From positions 6,196 to 70,195 of the forward strand of contig LBWP01000003.1 of NCBI GenBank assembly GCA_000993685.1: DNA of 64,000 nt, written 5' to 3'. The stretch comes from Candidatus Woesebacteria bacterium GW2011_GWA1_39_21 (GTDB lineage Bacteria; Patescibacteriota; Microgenomatia; UBA8517). The notes beneath the pieces are model-generated. The model was not told the origin of the DNA, made no database searches, and saw only the letters and a program-made list of their open reading frames with translations. Positions 1-10,563 of the stretch are shown piece by piece (the stretch's first letter is position 1; the number at the start of each line of letters is the position of its first letter). Made by a program: the position numbers and the translations under genes.

Positions 1-2
1 TA

Positions 3-2039
3 TTTTTTAGCGGTTCGTCTCTGGCCTACATGATAGGTGTACCATCTGTCGATTTTCAGTTGAATAACCTGATATCTTTGATACATAACGAAGATACAGG
101 AGGCGTAAAGAAACTATTTGGGTCTTTAAACGTTGGTTGGATCGTCGTACATAATGAAACCCAATCGCAAAGAAGAAAGCTCGAATCTCTTGATAAAATC
201 AATGATTGGTTAAAAAGTGCTCCGAAATATTTGGAGCATGAGATTGATTTTGGACCTCTATCGATCTGGAAAGTAGCTCTTGGAGACAAGGGTAGACATT
301 TTTATTCTCCTTACGCGCCATTTACACTTATCGAAGGAACACCTGACACAATGTATTCTTATTGGAAAAACCAAACGGGGGAGGATTCAATGTTTGTAGT
401 TTCGAACTCTCAAGACTCCGACATTGTTGATAAACTTAACAGTGCGTTTTTTTCAGAACAGATTTATCCCGTAAAAACTGTAAAATACTCAGATCAAAAG
501 ACCGTCGATACCGGTACGTTGCCATATGTAAGTAAACTTCCTGGTTCTCCGCTTTATCCATTCATTCGTTTCAAGGAGTTTGTCGAAAAAATCTATACAA
601 ATAAGCCACCCTTGATAGAATGTCTAGATTTTGCGAGCAAAAGGTTAAGTGAAGCCGTCGCATTAAAAGATCTTAATATAAATGCATCTAAATCCAGTAT
701 GGAAGAGTATAAAAATATACTTGAGAATTGTTCTTTTTTGGCCGAAACTTCCCCGCTAAGCGGTTGGTCTGTGAACAGATTGTTGCTTTATGATAATTTG
801 TACGCGTTACAAAACAATTTTGGATTGTATGGCAAGGACGACATCTTGGAAGAATCTGTGGGTTTACTTAAGAAAATTATGTACATTTTTGAAGTAAGTC
901 CTTCGTATGATCGTGTTATTACAGACGATAATAGCAATGTGATTGCGTATACATATCAGGTACTATCCGATGGTGTTTATTCCCTAGAATTTGATGAATA
1001 CAATCTCGGACTATTTTCAACTCCCCGCTTAGTTAAAATTAATGACCGGGGATACAACCTTGAACCTGAAGTCGAGGAAAATAAACTGACTTTTCCAAAC
1101 TTAAGTTTGAAGGCTGGAAATAATGAAGTCCAAATTAAATATTTTAATAAAAATATTTTTTCTATCGACAGGGCGAAATTCATTAACGCCACTGTTACTA
1201 ATAACAAAGTTGTTGGCGAAGGTTATGTCATCGATGTTTCTTCAGAAAAAGATAGATTAGGAAAATTTGAATTTAGCTTAGGTAATGTCAAGGATATATA
1301 TAGTTATGACATCGTTTCGGATTACTTTGTGGAGAGGGGATCTGCCCCCGTAGTAAAAGTAAATCAGGATAGTGATTACGTGGATTCAGAAACTGAAATA
1401 GAACACGGTAACACCTGGCCTTTGGATTTAAGCGTTTATAATCGCCACTGGTTGCATCGGGGCAATACCTATATACCTTCTGGTAACGCAAACAGCGCAG
1501 TAGTTAGGTTTGAGTTACCGTTATGGAACGATTGTACGGATTTTAATTCTAAAAGCGCATGTAAAAACAAGGACCTGTATAAGATTTTTGATCGACCCAG
1601 TAAGGTTGTGCTAAAAAATATTCAAATTATTGCGAACTACGACAGTTACCCAACTTTAAACAGAGAAATATTAAATTCAGGTTATAATTTACATCAGGCA
1701 GTTTTGACGTACACAAAAATAACTTCTGAGGAGTATAGGCTTGGTTTATCAGAGCAGCAAGCTCCTTATGTTATAGTTTTTTCGGAAACATATCATCCCC
1801 AATGGAAGGTGTTTTCTGGAGACGGAAAAGAAATCCACGTTCAGCATTTTCAGGCTAACGGTTATGCAAACGGGTGGTTGGTTGAAGAAAATCTTCCAGA
1901 TACTGTATTTGTGAAATTTGGCCTCGAGAAGTACAGGAGATATGGTAACATTGTGTCCGGTCTATCTTTAATTGTCTTATTGCCGCTGATCATATACATT
2001 AATAGAAGGAGTAATAATGTCTTCAAAAAAGTCAGATAA
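3..2039 (+). CDS. Large membrane-anchored protein, YfhO/AftD-like C-terminal region (5' truncated by window edge)
   Basis: Frame is open back to the window edge. C-terminus has 'VIVFSETYHPQW...ANGYANGW' followed by one TM helix, and is paralogous to the C-terminus of 2369..5104. Confidence 0.6.
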   Translation, partial: FFSGSSLAYMIGVPSVDFQLNNLISLIHNEDTGGVKKLFGSLNVGWIVVHNETQSQRRKLESLDKINDWLKSAPKYLEHEIDFGPLSIWKVALGDKGRHFYSPYAPFTLIEGTPDTMYSYWKNQTGEDSMFVVSNSQDSDIVDKLNSAFFSEQIYPVKTVKYSDQKTVDTGTLPYVSKLPGSPLYPFIRFKEFVEKIYTNKPPLIECLDFASKRLSEAVALKDLNINASKSSMEEYKNILENCSFLAETSPLSGWSVNRLLLYDNLYALQNNFGLYGKDDILEESVGLLKKIMYIFEVSPSYDRVITDDNSNVIAYTYQVLSDGVYSLEFDEYNLGLFSTPRLVKINDRGYNLEPEVEENKLTFPNLSLKAGNNEVQIKYFNKNIFSIDRAKFINATVTNNKVVGEGYVIDVSSEKDRLGKFEFSLGNVKDIYSYDIVSDYFVERGSAPVVKVNQDSDYVDSETEIEHGNTWPLDLSVYNRHWLHRGNTYIPSGNANSAVVRFELPLWNDCTDFNSKSACKNKDLYKIFDRPSKVVLKNIQIIANYDSYPTLNREILNSGYNLHQAVLTYTKITSEEYRLGLSEQQAPYVIVFSETYHPQWKVFSGDGKEIHVQHFQANGYANGWLVEENLPDTVFVKFGLEKYRRYGNIVSGLSLIVLLPLIIYINRRSNNVFKKVR

Positions 2040-2382
2040 ATTTCCTTACCGGTTAATTTTTACCGAGATAGCCCTATATATTTTGGTTGCATTGGCCTGG
2101 TATATCGCCAAAGAGTCACTAAATTTGAGTATCGAAAACGAATATTTAATTGATGGGATTTTCATTTTTGGATTTATCGGGATGGTTATAAGAAAAAATG
2201 CGCACCATCGTTTTTACTGGTATGCTTTTTCTGCAATTGTTTTATCCGCAATATCCGATACTTTAGGCGCCACTACGATTACTTTTTATTTTAGTAGTCT
2301 TGCAATTTCATTTCTAATTCTAGGCGTTTTAAATACACTCCTTTTTAATAAGAATTTTCAGAAAGCTAATGACCAGTCATAA
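2017..2382 (+). CDS. Small integral membrane protein (about 4 TM), hypothetical
   Basis: 121 aa hydrophobic ORF overlapping both neighbours. Confidence 0.6.
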   Translation: MSSKKSDKFPYRLIFTEIALYILVALAWYIAKESLNLSIENEYLIDGIFIFGFIGMVIRKNAHHRFYWYAFSAIVLSAISDTLGATTITFYFSSLAISFLILGVLNTLLFNKNFQKANDQS

Positions 2383-5104
2383 AAAAGTTGCAATATTTGC
2401 GCTTCTTACCGCGTTGATCTTCAAATTTTGGATTTTTACAAGCAAGTCAAATCTTGGTTCCGATATTAGTTATCGTTTTTTGCCAATCGTTAATGGTATC
2501 TATCTGCCTTTTACGTGGAATAATGTTCAAACCGGAGACGGAATGGGCGTGTATGCCGTAAATACTTTGTGGTCATACCCTTCGGAGCTATTTTATGAGT
2601 CATTGACGAGATTTGGGCTGCCGTATTGGTTTCAAATTAAATATTTGATGCTTTTGCCGGCAATTCTAATTTCCACCTTAGGTTTCATCAAACTTTCAAA
2701 ATTTTTTAAAGGTGATTGGCTCGTTTCGTCTGTTTTATACGTCTTAAACACTTACTTTATTTTGCTTTTAGACGGTTCGCAAATGAACATCGTTTTGGCG
2801 TACAGTGTTTTCCCACTCACATTCTACTTTTTTTTAAGTGTTTGCGAAAAGTTGAGTGTTTACTTACTTTTAAAATTCGTCTTCAGTGTTTGGTTGATCG
2901 GCACTTTCGATTTGAGAATAGTCTGGATATTGGCATTCGTCGTGTTAATAAAATTTATTTTTGATTTTCTCACCGTTAAGGGTGGTGGTCAAAGGTTTTG
3001 CCTTTTCAAAAACTATATTGTCATTGGCTTAACGACTACAGTTTTTCTGGTTCTACTTAATCTGTATTGGATTTTACCGGCTAAATTTTCCGAAGGTGTG
3101 CATCTTCCTGCAGGGTACGACTCCGCCCAACAGGTAACCAATTTGAGTTTTTCAACGATCACACATGCTCTTTATTTATTTCAACCGCATTGGTATATCA
3201 ATAGCTTTGGCAAGGTAACAAACCCCGTGTGGTATTTTGCCATTGTTCCAATTTTCGCATTTGTTCCGGTTCTTCTTTCCAGAAAAAAGCAGTATTTGTT
3301 TTTAATCTCAATAGCATTTGTCGGGATATTTTTGACAAAAGGATCACAACCGCCTTTGGGGGAAGTATACCTGCAACTTTTCCAGAAAGTGCCGGGGTTT
3401 AACTTGTTTCGAGATCCGAGCAAGTTTTTTTTCTTAATTGCTTTCTCCTACTCGATATTGGTGGGGATTACTTCAAAATTAATTTCCAAAAAATCATATC
3501 TGCCTTCGCTCGTTTTCATCATCTATTTGGTATTTCTCATGAACCCCGTTTTGCGCGGCCAAATGACGGGATCTTTTTCTCCGGTCCAAAACGAAGATAA
3601 ATACTGGTCTTTTGCGCAATTGTTAAGTAGTCAAACCGATTTTTTTAGAACTTTCTCAATCCCGGTCAAGTTGCCGCTAGGTTATGTCTCATTTACGCAC
3701 CCATCAACCGAGGCATTTTCGATCGCAGAAAAAAGACCGTTCGAAATAGGCACTGTGGGAACATATGAGAAATTTAATTTCTTACGAGAAGCTCCTTTTA
3801 TGGGAGAGCTTATAAATGTTGCCGGAATAAAATATCTTATTTATCCTTTTCCCGACGCGCGGCGTAAAGCTTTGAAACAGGACAACCTCGATTACTACAA
3901 CACTTTCTTGCAACAGTTGACAAATTTACCATGGATAGAAAAGAAAATTTCAGATTCACCCGTTGCTGTGTTACAGACAAAAAAACACCAAGACCATTTT
4001 TTTATTACTCCTAGAACCTTTTATGTTGTTGGTTCGGATAGGATTTATTCGGACTTAGTTAATGTTACCGGATTTGATTTGTCCAAATTGGCGTTGGTCT
4101 TTGCGGAAGAACGGCCAGGTGTAGTTGGTAAGCCTGACAATCTCCCTATTACAAATATTCTTCTCTACCACAAAAGTGAGACTGATTTGGCAGCAAGTTT
4201 TATTGATAAGGCCCTCTATATTTTTCCTGCCCAAAATCTTAAGCGTGACCCAACTGATGTTAGCCCGTGGTGGAAGCGGGAGGCGAATGATTTTTTATCG
4301 ATGAGAAATTTTCTGCAAACCAAATATCAAATTGACAATCAAGATTTTGATTATCAGGGTGGCTATGCAGTAGCGGAAGGCGACCAACAGCTTGTCGTGC
4401 AAGATTTGAAGTTTAAATCTGGGAATTTATTGTTGGTACGCGTGATGAGAAGCTCTAAAAGCGGGAGCATCCAGTTTTGGCAGGATAATTCAAAGATCGG
4501 CGAAGTTGATACGCTTGATCAAAATCCTGAACAAGTAGAAATTAAGCTCACTGGTTATAACGATGTGCCAGATCGAATTTTCACTTATGATTCGGCCGCC
4601 TTTGACTGGCATCTTGTTGGAAAATTAAATTCGCAGCATCCCCTAAATGTCAAAACTTCCGGTGAGATTAATATTGTCAATGCGCTTGCCTCTGTATCCG
4701 AGCAAGATTGGAACCGGGTAAATAGGTTAACTGGCCCATACAACATTCTCGACTGGGACAAACTTTCAGACAAGGACAAACAACGATTAGTCGAAGTTTC
4801 AAGTGATGCAAAAGTAACCTATACCCGTCTTTCACCGACGGAATATAAAGTTAACATTTCAGGTTTGAAATCTCCGATAACACTTGCGTTTTCTGAGAGC
4901 TTTGATTCTTTTTGGGAAGCAAACGGTGTGGGTTCTTATCCCTTGTATAGTTTTATAAACGGTTTCAGAATCGATCAAGATGGGACGTATGACATCTACT
5001 TTTCTCCACAGAAATACGTTTTCGTACCTTTGGCAATTTCGGCTGCTTCATTGGTTATTATAGTCTTAATCTTGATTTACCCTACACTTCGAAAAAAGTT
5101 ATAA
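2369..5104 (+). CDS. Large polytopic membrane protein, YfhO/GT-C-like, with extracytoplasmic C-terminal domain
   Basis: About 11 TM N-terminal half with 'PGFNLFRDPSKF'; C-terminal 'LAFSESFDSFW...INGF' plus TM helix. Confidence 0.65.
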   Translation: MTSHKKVAIFALLTALIFKFWIFTSKSNLGSDISYRFLPIVNGIYLPFTWNNVQTGDGMGVYAVNTLWSYPSELFYESLTRFGLPYWFQIKYLMLLPAILISTLGFIKLSKFFKGDWLVSSVLYVLNTYFILLLDGSQMNIVLAYSVFPLTFYFFLSVCEKLSVYLLLKFVFSVWLIGTFDLRIVWILAFVVLIKFIFDFLTVKGGGQRFCLFKNYIVIGLTTTVFLVLLNLYWILPAKFSEGVHLPAGYDSAQQVTNLSFSTITHALYLFQPHWYINSFGKVTNPVWYFAIVPIFAFVPVLLSRKKQYLFLISIAFVGIFLTKGSQPPLGEVYLQLFQKVPGFNLFRDPSKFFFLIAFSYSILVGITSKLISKKSYLPSLVFIIYLVFLMNPVLRGQMTGSFSPVQNEDKYWSFAQLLSSQTDFFRTFSIPVKLPLGYVSFTHPSTEAFSIAEKRPFEIGTVGTYEKFNFLREAPFMGELINVAGIKYLIYPFPDARRKALKQDNLDYYNTFLQQLTNLPWIEKKISDSPVAVLQTKKHQDHFFITPRTFYVVGSDRIYSDLVNVTGFDLSKLALVFAEERPGVVGKPDNLPITNILLYHKSETDLAASFIDKALYIFPAQNLKRDPTDVSPWWKREANDFLSMRNFLQTKYQIDNQDFDYQGGYAVAEGDQQLVVQDLKFKSGNLLLVRVMRSSKSGSIQFWQDNSKIGEVDTLDQNPEQVEIKLTGYNDVPDRIFTYDSAAFDWHLVGKLNSQHPLNVKTSGEINIVNALASVSEQDWNRVNRLTGPYNILDWDKLSDKDKQRLVEVSSDAKVTYTRLSPTEYKVNISGLKSPITLAFSESFDSFWEANGVGSYPLYSFINGFRIDQDGTYDIYFSPQKYVFVPLAISAASLVIIVLILIYPTLRKKL

Positions 5105-5247
5105 CATCCTCCACTATCTCTGCTTAAGGTTTTTTACAAAATCACTTTAAGGGAGGATGACATATAAGCAAAGCTTAACTCTGTTTGCACATTTTCAGCA
5201 TTCGATTCATCCCTAATCTAAAACTGAGGGTTTTCTCGAATGCTGTT
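5101..5247 (-). mobile_element. Non-autonomous IS200/IS605-type mini-element, diverged copy A (147 nt)
   Basis: Minus strand reads TTAT|AACAGCATTCGAGAAAACCCT...AGGGATGAATCGAATGCTG...AAGCTTTGCTTATATGTCATCCTCC...GGAGGATGTTAT; homologous to 47338-47442 and 58985-59153. Confidence 0.8.
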
Positions 5248-5252
5248 ATAAT
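5244..5252 (+). promoter_or_regulatory. Extended -10 (TGnTATAAT) upstream of the flippase gene
   Basis: TGTTATAAT ends 7 nt before the in-frame GTG at 5260. Confidence 0.55.
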
Positions 5253-5259
5253 TAAATTT

Positions 5260-6549
5260 GTGAGAAGGCTCTTGAAACTCAACTTTTTTTCTGTTGTAAA
5301 AACCAATACTTTTCGTCAATCAACTTTGACATTTACGGCAACCGTAATAAACGGAATTTTGGGAATGGTTTTTTACATTCTTCTTGCACGCGAGCTTGGC
5401 GTGTTTGATTTCGGCTTATTTTCATTGTCAATTACGGTCTTGGCGGTGGTTGCCGATATCGGAAATCTGGGGATTAATACTGGGATTGTAAATTTTGTAT
5501 CAAAGTATCTTAAATCCGACTACCACAGGTCGATGGGGTTTCTTAAGTTAGGGCTCTTGTCAAAAATTTTGATTGCACTCGTAGTTATTATTTTTGGTTT
5601 TTTATTGTCGCCATTTTTGTCAAAACAAGTTTTTAATAAACCGGAACTTGTTTTTGGACTGCGATTGGTTTTCATAGGTGTTGGTACAACTTGGCTGTTT
5701 TCATTTACAACTTCATACTACCAAGCCTCGCAAAAATTTATTAGCTGGGGGTTAATTCAGATCTTCACCAACTCATTAAGACTTGCGGTTGTTGTCTATT
5801 TGACGGCTAGTTTACAACTTAATTTAACAACAGCGATTATCAGCTATATCGTTGCGCCTTTGCTGGGATTTTTGTTGAGTTTTGTTAACATCTCAGTTGA
5901 CTTTGTCAAAGAAAAAATTAATTCAGAAGTTCGTGGTGAGTTTTTTAATTACAACAAGTGGGTTGCTATCTCGAGTGGAATTGCTGCTTTTTCATCACGC
6001 ACGGACATATTTGTGTTGGGAAGATTGGTTACAGCTTCCGGTATCGGGATTTATTCGGCAGCTAATCAGCTGGTATCAGTTGTTCCGCAACTAATCGGCG
6101 CAATGGGGACAGTTGTTGCCCCAAAATATTCTTCGTTCACCAATGACCAACAAATGCTAACTTATTTTAAAAAACTTTTACTGATGGTTGTCGCCGTGGC
6201 GTCTTTTATTCTGTTATGCACGCCTGGAGTGAGGTTAATAATTAATCAGTTTTTCGGAGTTGAGTATAGGAATTCGTTTCCAATTTTTATGGTTCTATTG
6301 GTCGCAATGTTATTCTTTCTGATTTCGGTCCCGTTCCATAATGCCATAATCTACTACTACTCATACCCGAAGCTATTTTCTTATCTGTCAGTGATCAATT
6401 TCATAGTAATTGCTTCACTTTCGGTGTTTTTAACACTGAATTTTGGTTACCAGTCAACAGCATATGCGATAATGGCTGGAAACATTGTCAATTTTATAGT
6501 TCCGGCTTTATGGTTTTGGCGAAGGGTGAGTGGTGTTAAAAATAAATAA
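5260..6549 (+). CDS. Wzx/MOP-family oligosaccharide flippase
   Basis: About 12 TM; 'LARELGVFDFGLFSL' and 'GIYSAANQL'. Start moved from 5185, which lies inside the mini-element, to GTG 5260. Confidence 0.85.
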   Translation: MRRLLKLNFFSVVKTNTFRQSTLTFTATVINGILGMVFYILLARELGVFDFGLFSLSITVLAVVADIGNLGINTGIVNFVSKYLKSDYHRSMGFLKLGLLSKILIALVVIIFGFLLSPFLSKQVFNKPELVFGLRLVFIGVGTTWLFSFTTSYYQASQKFISWGLIQIFTNSLRLAVVVYLTASLQLNLTTAIISYIVAPLLGFLLSFVNISVDFVKEKINSEVRGEFFNYNKWVAISSGIAAFSSRTDIFVLGRLVTASGIGIYSAANQLVSVVPQLIGAMGTVVAPKYSSFTNDQQMLTYFKKLLLMVVAVASFILLCTPGVRLIINQFFGVEYRNSFPIFMVLLVAMLFFLISVPFHNAIIYYYSYPKLFSYLSVINFIVIASLSVFLTLNFGYQSTAYAIMAGNIVNFIVPALWFWRRVSGVKNK

Positions 6550-6558
6550 GTTGTAAAA

Positions 6559-7404
6559 ATGCAAATTTGGGGACATGCATTGGTTAAGAATGAAGATCGC
6601 TACCTTTGGTATGCAATAAGTAGCGTGATTAAGTTTGTTGACAAGGTATTGCTTTGGGACACAGGAAGCTCCGATGATACTCTCAAGATTGTCGAAAGTC
6701 TAAAACAAAGATACCCGTCTAAAATCAAATTTAGGGAAATAGGTGAGGTAAATCCAGAACAATTTACAGTTGTCAGGCAAAAGATGTTAGAAGAAAGTGC
6801 TTGTGATTGGGTAGTGATTGTCGATGGAGATGAGGTTTGGTGGGAAGACAAAATAAAAGAAACAACTGATTTGATTCATACAAGGGGCCAAGGACTTGAT
6901 TCACTTGTTTCACAATATTATAACGTTATTGGTGATATCTATCACTTTCAGGATGAACTTGCAGGCAGGTACAATATTGATGGAAAAGTTGGTAATTTTA
7001 ATATCCGTGCTTTTAACAGAAAAATTAAGGGCCTGAAGTTTAAAAAGCCACACGGGCAACAAGGACTTTTTGATTTTGCCGACCGGCTTTTACAGGAGCG
7101 TGAGCAAAGCAAACGTTTCTGGGTGATGGGATATTCCTATCTTCATTTTACGAATATGCCCAGGTCACGTGCGCGTTCAAGCGATTTAGCTGTCCCAAAA
7201 AGAGCCTTTAAGTTGAAGTATGAATTAGGAAACAGTTTCCCGCTTGATTTCTACTACCCGGAAGTTTTCTTTGAAGATCGACCTGAGTATTTGAAATCGG
7301 TTTGGACCAATATGGATTTGAAGTACCAGGCGCGTTCATTTGTTGAGACACCCTTTAAAAAAGTAAAAAGACAACACTTTTCTTCAGAAAAATCAGGATA
7401 TTAA
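6559..7404 (+). CDS. Glycosyltransferase family 2
   Basis: 'VKNEDRYL', 'DTGSSDDT', 'VDGDE'. Confidence 0.85.
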   Translation: MQIWGHALVKNEDRYLWYAISSVIKFVDKVLLWDTGSSDDTLKIVESLKQRYPSKIKFREIGEVNPEQFTVVRQKMLEESACDWVVIVDGDEVWWEDKIKETTDLIHTRGQGLDSLVSQYYNVIGDIYHFQDELAGRYNIDGKVGNFNIRAFNRKIKGLKFKKPHGQQGLFDFADRLLQEREQSKRFWVMGYSYLHFTNMPRSRARSSDLAVPKRAFKLKYELGNSFPLDFYYPEVFFEDRPEYLKSVWTNMDLKYQARSFVETPFKKVKRQHFSSEKSGY

Positions 7405-7413
7405 GTTTTTTAG

Positions 7414-8988
7414 ATGATGGATAAAATTATTAAATTTAAGACGCACTACATTGTCTTTCTGCTTTTTGTTATTGCAATTGTTCCCAGGATTTACCGTTTT
7501 TCGCAACAACCGATTTACACTGACGAAATAACATGGATGGTCAGAGCGAAAGAAACATTCCTTGCGTTACGAACCTTTAATCGGCAGCATATAAAAAACT
7601 ATTTTCAAAGTAGTAACGCTTGGTGGGTTAATGACAACGACACTGAGGCAATAGCGCTTCCTTTGACTGCTGCGACTGGACCGTTTATCGCATATCTGGG
7701 AATTGGTCAAAGCGTTTTAACTAGAAATGTTGCGAGAGATTTTGTCGTTGCCCGTTTCCCGCTTATTGTGATTAATTCGTTTACGGTTGTGATTGTTTAT
7801 TTATTAACCAGAAAAATTACAGATAAAAAAACGGCACTTTTGACGGGAGTTTTGTACGCGTTGGATCCCGTGGCTATCAGTTACAGTCGTTTAATCATTA
7901 ATGATGGGCTTTTGACATTGTTTATCCTTTTTGGCATATATAGCTTTTTTTATATCGAGAACGTTAAGACGTCAATTATTTTGTCATCACTCTCAATCTG
8001 CTTTGCTTTTCTGACAAAGCCGATTGGACTACTTCCTCTGATAATATTTTTCTTTTACGCAATCTTTTCCGACAAAAAAATGAAGAATTTTATTAAGTTT
8101 ACTCTGATCGGATTAGTAAGTTTTGTCCTGATTCACTTTTTTTGGCCGGAAGCTTGGTTTCATCCATTCACTTCAGTGTTTGAATATCTGACGCGTCAGT
8201 TTAAGCTTATAGAAAATTCTACGGAAATGTTTTTTGCGGGAAGTGTTTCGCACCAGGTTCCCTTTTACTATTACTTTATTTTGATTTGTTTGCGTGTACC
8301 TTCTTACATTTTCTTCGGCCTTTTAGCCTCTTTGTATTTCTTTTTTACAAAAACTGGACGGAAAAAATTGATTTTGATAAATTTAAAAACCCTTTCGCAA
8401 ATAATTTATGTTTTTGTCTTTTTCTTATTTTTGTCGTTTGCCTCAAAAAAATCCGGAGTCAGGTATTTGCTTCCCATCTGGCCATATATTTACATTGGAG
8501 CATGTTGTGCGATTTTTCGTTTTGTCAAAAAACTACCGGAAATATTCGGAGGATTCGTTTTGCTTGCAATTATCTCGCTTTCTCTTTTTAATATTTACAA
8601 ATATGAACCAAATTATGATTACTACTACAACGAAATATTCGGTGGACCGGCGGTTGCCAAGAATTATGTGTCAACATCACTTTGTTATGGTGCAAAAGAG
8701 TCCGCCGATACATTGAAAAAGTGTTTTCCACAGGTTACGCAGATTTCTTATGTTGGTTGTGCAAGATCAACTTTACCATACTATTTTTCAGGAATTATAA
8801 ATTCACAGATAGACCCCAATCAACCCGTTGTAATCGAAGCCTATTATGAACAAATGAAATATGTGACAACGAAAACAGCAAAGCTAGTTAAAAATAAAGA
8901 TGTGATAAATGTTACAAAAAATGGTGTCGATCTGGCAAAGATCTACCTTAATTTGAAGCAGTTTCCCAAAAGTTGCTCTCTGAACTGA
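7414..8988 (+). CDS. GT-C (ArnT/PMT-like) membrane glycosyltransferase
   Basis: First-loop 'YTDE', 'ARFP', 'LTK', 'RYLLP'; many TM helices. Confidence 0.8.
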   Translation: MMDKIIKFKTHYIVFLLFVIAIVPRIYRFSQQPIYTDEITWMVRAKETFLALRTFNRQHIKNYFQSSNAWWVNDNDTEAIALPLTAATGPFIAYLGIGQSVLTRNVARDFVVARFPLIVINSFTVVIVYLLTRKITDKKTALLTGVLYALDPVAISYSRLIINDGLLTLFILFGIYSFFYIENVKTSIILSSLSICFAFLTKPIGLLPLIIFFFYAIFSDKKMKNFIKFTLIGLVSFVLIHFFWPEAWFHPFTSVFEYLTRQFKLIENSTEMFFAGSVSHQVPFYYYFILICLRVPSYIFFGLLASLYFFFTKTGRKKLILINLKTLSQIIYVFVFFLFLSFASKKSGVRYLLPIWPYIYIGACCAIFRFVKKLPEIFGGFVLLAIISLSLFNIYKYEPNYDYYYNEIFGGPAVAKNYVSTSLCYGAKESADTLKKCFPQVTQISYVGCARSTLPYYFSGIINSQIDPNQPVVIEAYYEQMKYVTTKTAKLVKNKDVINVTKNGVDLAKIYLNLKQFPKSCSLN

Positions 8989-9048
8989 GTTTTGTTTTCT
9001 TCGTTTGTAGAATGATTTAGTAGTCTGGTTTAGATATAATTACCCAAT

Positions 9049-9726
9049 ATGGATAAAGTTGGGGAATACACGCTGGCTGTGATGAAGAAAGCCAAATGGT
9101 ATAACACGTGGATTTTGTCGTTTTTTGGGAAATATCTCGAAGGTGAGATTTTGGAAGTCGGATCGGGAACAGGAAATTTTTCTAGTCTACTAAAAAGTTA
9201 TGGAAAATTAAGTGCGGTCGATATTAAGAGAAATTATTTTCGTAAATATAACGACCCTCAAATAAGTGTTGGATATGGTGACATTGAAAAAGGCCAATAT
9301 TTTTTTAAAAATAAAAAGTTCGACGCGATTGTATGCCTAAACGTGATTGAACATATTAAAAATGATACAGTGGCAATCAAAAATATTCACAAGCTTTTAA
9401 AAAGTGGTGGGGCTGTCGTAGCCTTGGTTCCGGCAGGGGATTTGCTTTACAGCGATTATGATAGGTTGTTGGGCCATTACCGGCGTTACACGGTCTCCTC
9501 ATTTAGGAAAAAATTTCAAAGTGCAGGATTTAAGATCAAAAGCAGCCGATATCTTAACTGGTGGGGAGCGGTTGGGTGGTTTGTTTATCTTAAATTGTTG
9601 CGTAAATCAGTATTCCCGAAAAATGAGGTTGGTATTTTTGATTTTTTTGGAAGGTTTTTTCTTTGGCCTGAAAAGATTTTCTGCTTTCCCTTTGGTTTAT
9701 CGGTCTTGTTGGTTGCTGAAAAATGA
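9049..9726 (+). CDS. Class I SAM-dependent methyltransferase
   Basis: 'ILEVGSGTG', 'LNVIEHI', 'GHYRRY'. Confidence 0.85.
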   Translation: MDKVGEYTLAVMKKAKWYNTWILSFFGKYLEGEILEVGSGTGNFSSLLKSYGKLSAVDIKRNYFRKYNDPQISVGYGDIEKGQYFFKNKKFDAIVCLNVIEHIKNDTVAIKNIHKLLKSGGAVVALVPAGDLLYSDYDRLLGHYRRYTVSSFRKKFQSAGFKIKSSRYLNWWGAVGWFVYLKLLRKSVFPKNEVGIFDFFGRFFLWPEKIFCFPFGLSVLLVAEK

Positions 9727-10448
9727 AACTTTCAATAATTATTCCTGTTTATAACGAAGAGTCGACGATCGAGACACTTTTGAGTAAGGTGTTAAGTGCC
9801 AAACTTCCGGCTAAAGTTGATAGAGAAATTGTGATTGTTGACGATGCTTCAAAAGATCTCTCTTATGATAAGATTTTGAAATTTAAGACCGCTTTGGATA
9901 AAAAAATTTCCACAAAGGTTATCCGCCACAACTTCAATCAGGGTAAAGGCGTTGCTGTGGTAGACGGAATCAATTTGTCAACAGGTGATTTTATTGTTAT
10001 TCAAGATGCCGATTTAGAGTACGACCCAGATGACTATCAAAAGCTGATCAAACCCATTATGGATCGAAAAACAGATGTTGTTTTTGGTACGCGTCTTAAG
10101 AATTATCCGCTGAAACTGTTTGGAAAAAACAAAACTCCACTTGTCAGTCATTATCTTGGCAATAAGTTTTTAACATTGGTTACTGAAATACTCTATCAAA
10201 GGAAAGTTAGTGATATGGAAACATGTTACAAAATGTTTCGTCGCGAGGTTATAAAAAACATAACGATACATGCTAAAAGATTTGATTTTGAACCAGAGTT
10301 TACCGCAAAGATTATTAAAAAGGGTTTCCGCATTTTTGAAGTTCCGATTAAAGTTAAGCCTCGTGGTTACGCTGAAGGAAAAAAGATTTTTTGGAAGGAC
10401 GGGTTTGTCGCTCTTTGGACACTTATCAAATACCGATTTGTTGATTAA
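9723..10448 (+). CDS. GT2, polyprenol-phosphate sugar synthase (DPM1-like)
   Basis: 'IIPVYNEE', 'NQGKG', 'QDADLEYDP', 'DMETCYK'. Confidence 0.9.
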   Translation: MKLSIIIPVYNEESTIETLLSKVLSAKLPAKVDREIVIVDDASKDLSYDKILKFKTALDKKISTKVIRHNFNQGKGVAVVDGINLSTGDFIVIQDADLEYDPDDYQKLIKPIMDRKTDVVFGTRLKNYPLKLFGKNKTPLVSHYLGNKFLTLVTEILYQRKVSDMETCYKMFRREVIKNITIHAKRFDFEPEFTAKIIKKGFRIFEVPIKVKPRGYAEGKKIFWKDGFVALWTLIKYRFVD

Positions 10449-10563
10449 TAAGTCCAGACTCATTTAAAAAAACGATTACGCGATTACCCTTTAACTGTTT
10501 TTTTAAGTTCTGGTTATAAATTTAAAGAAGGCGAAATTATCGATTTTTGACTATAATAAAATA

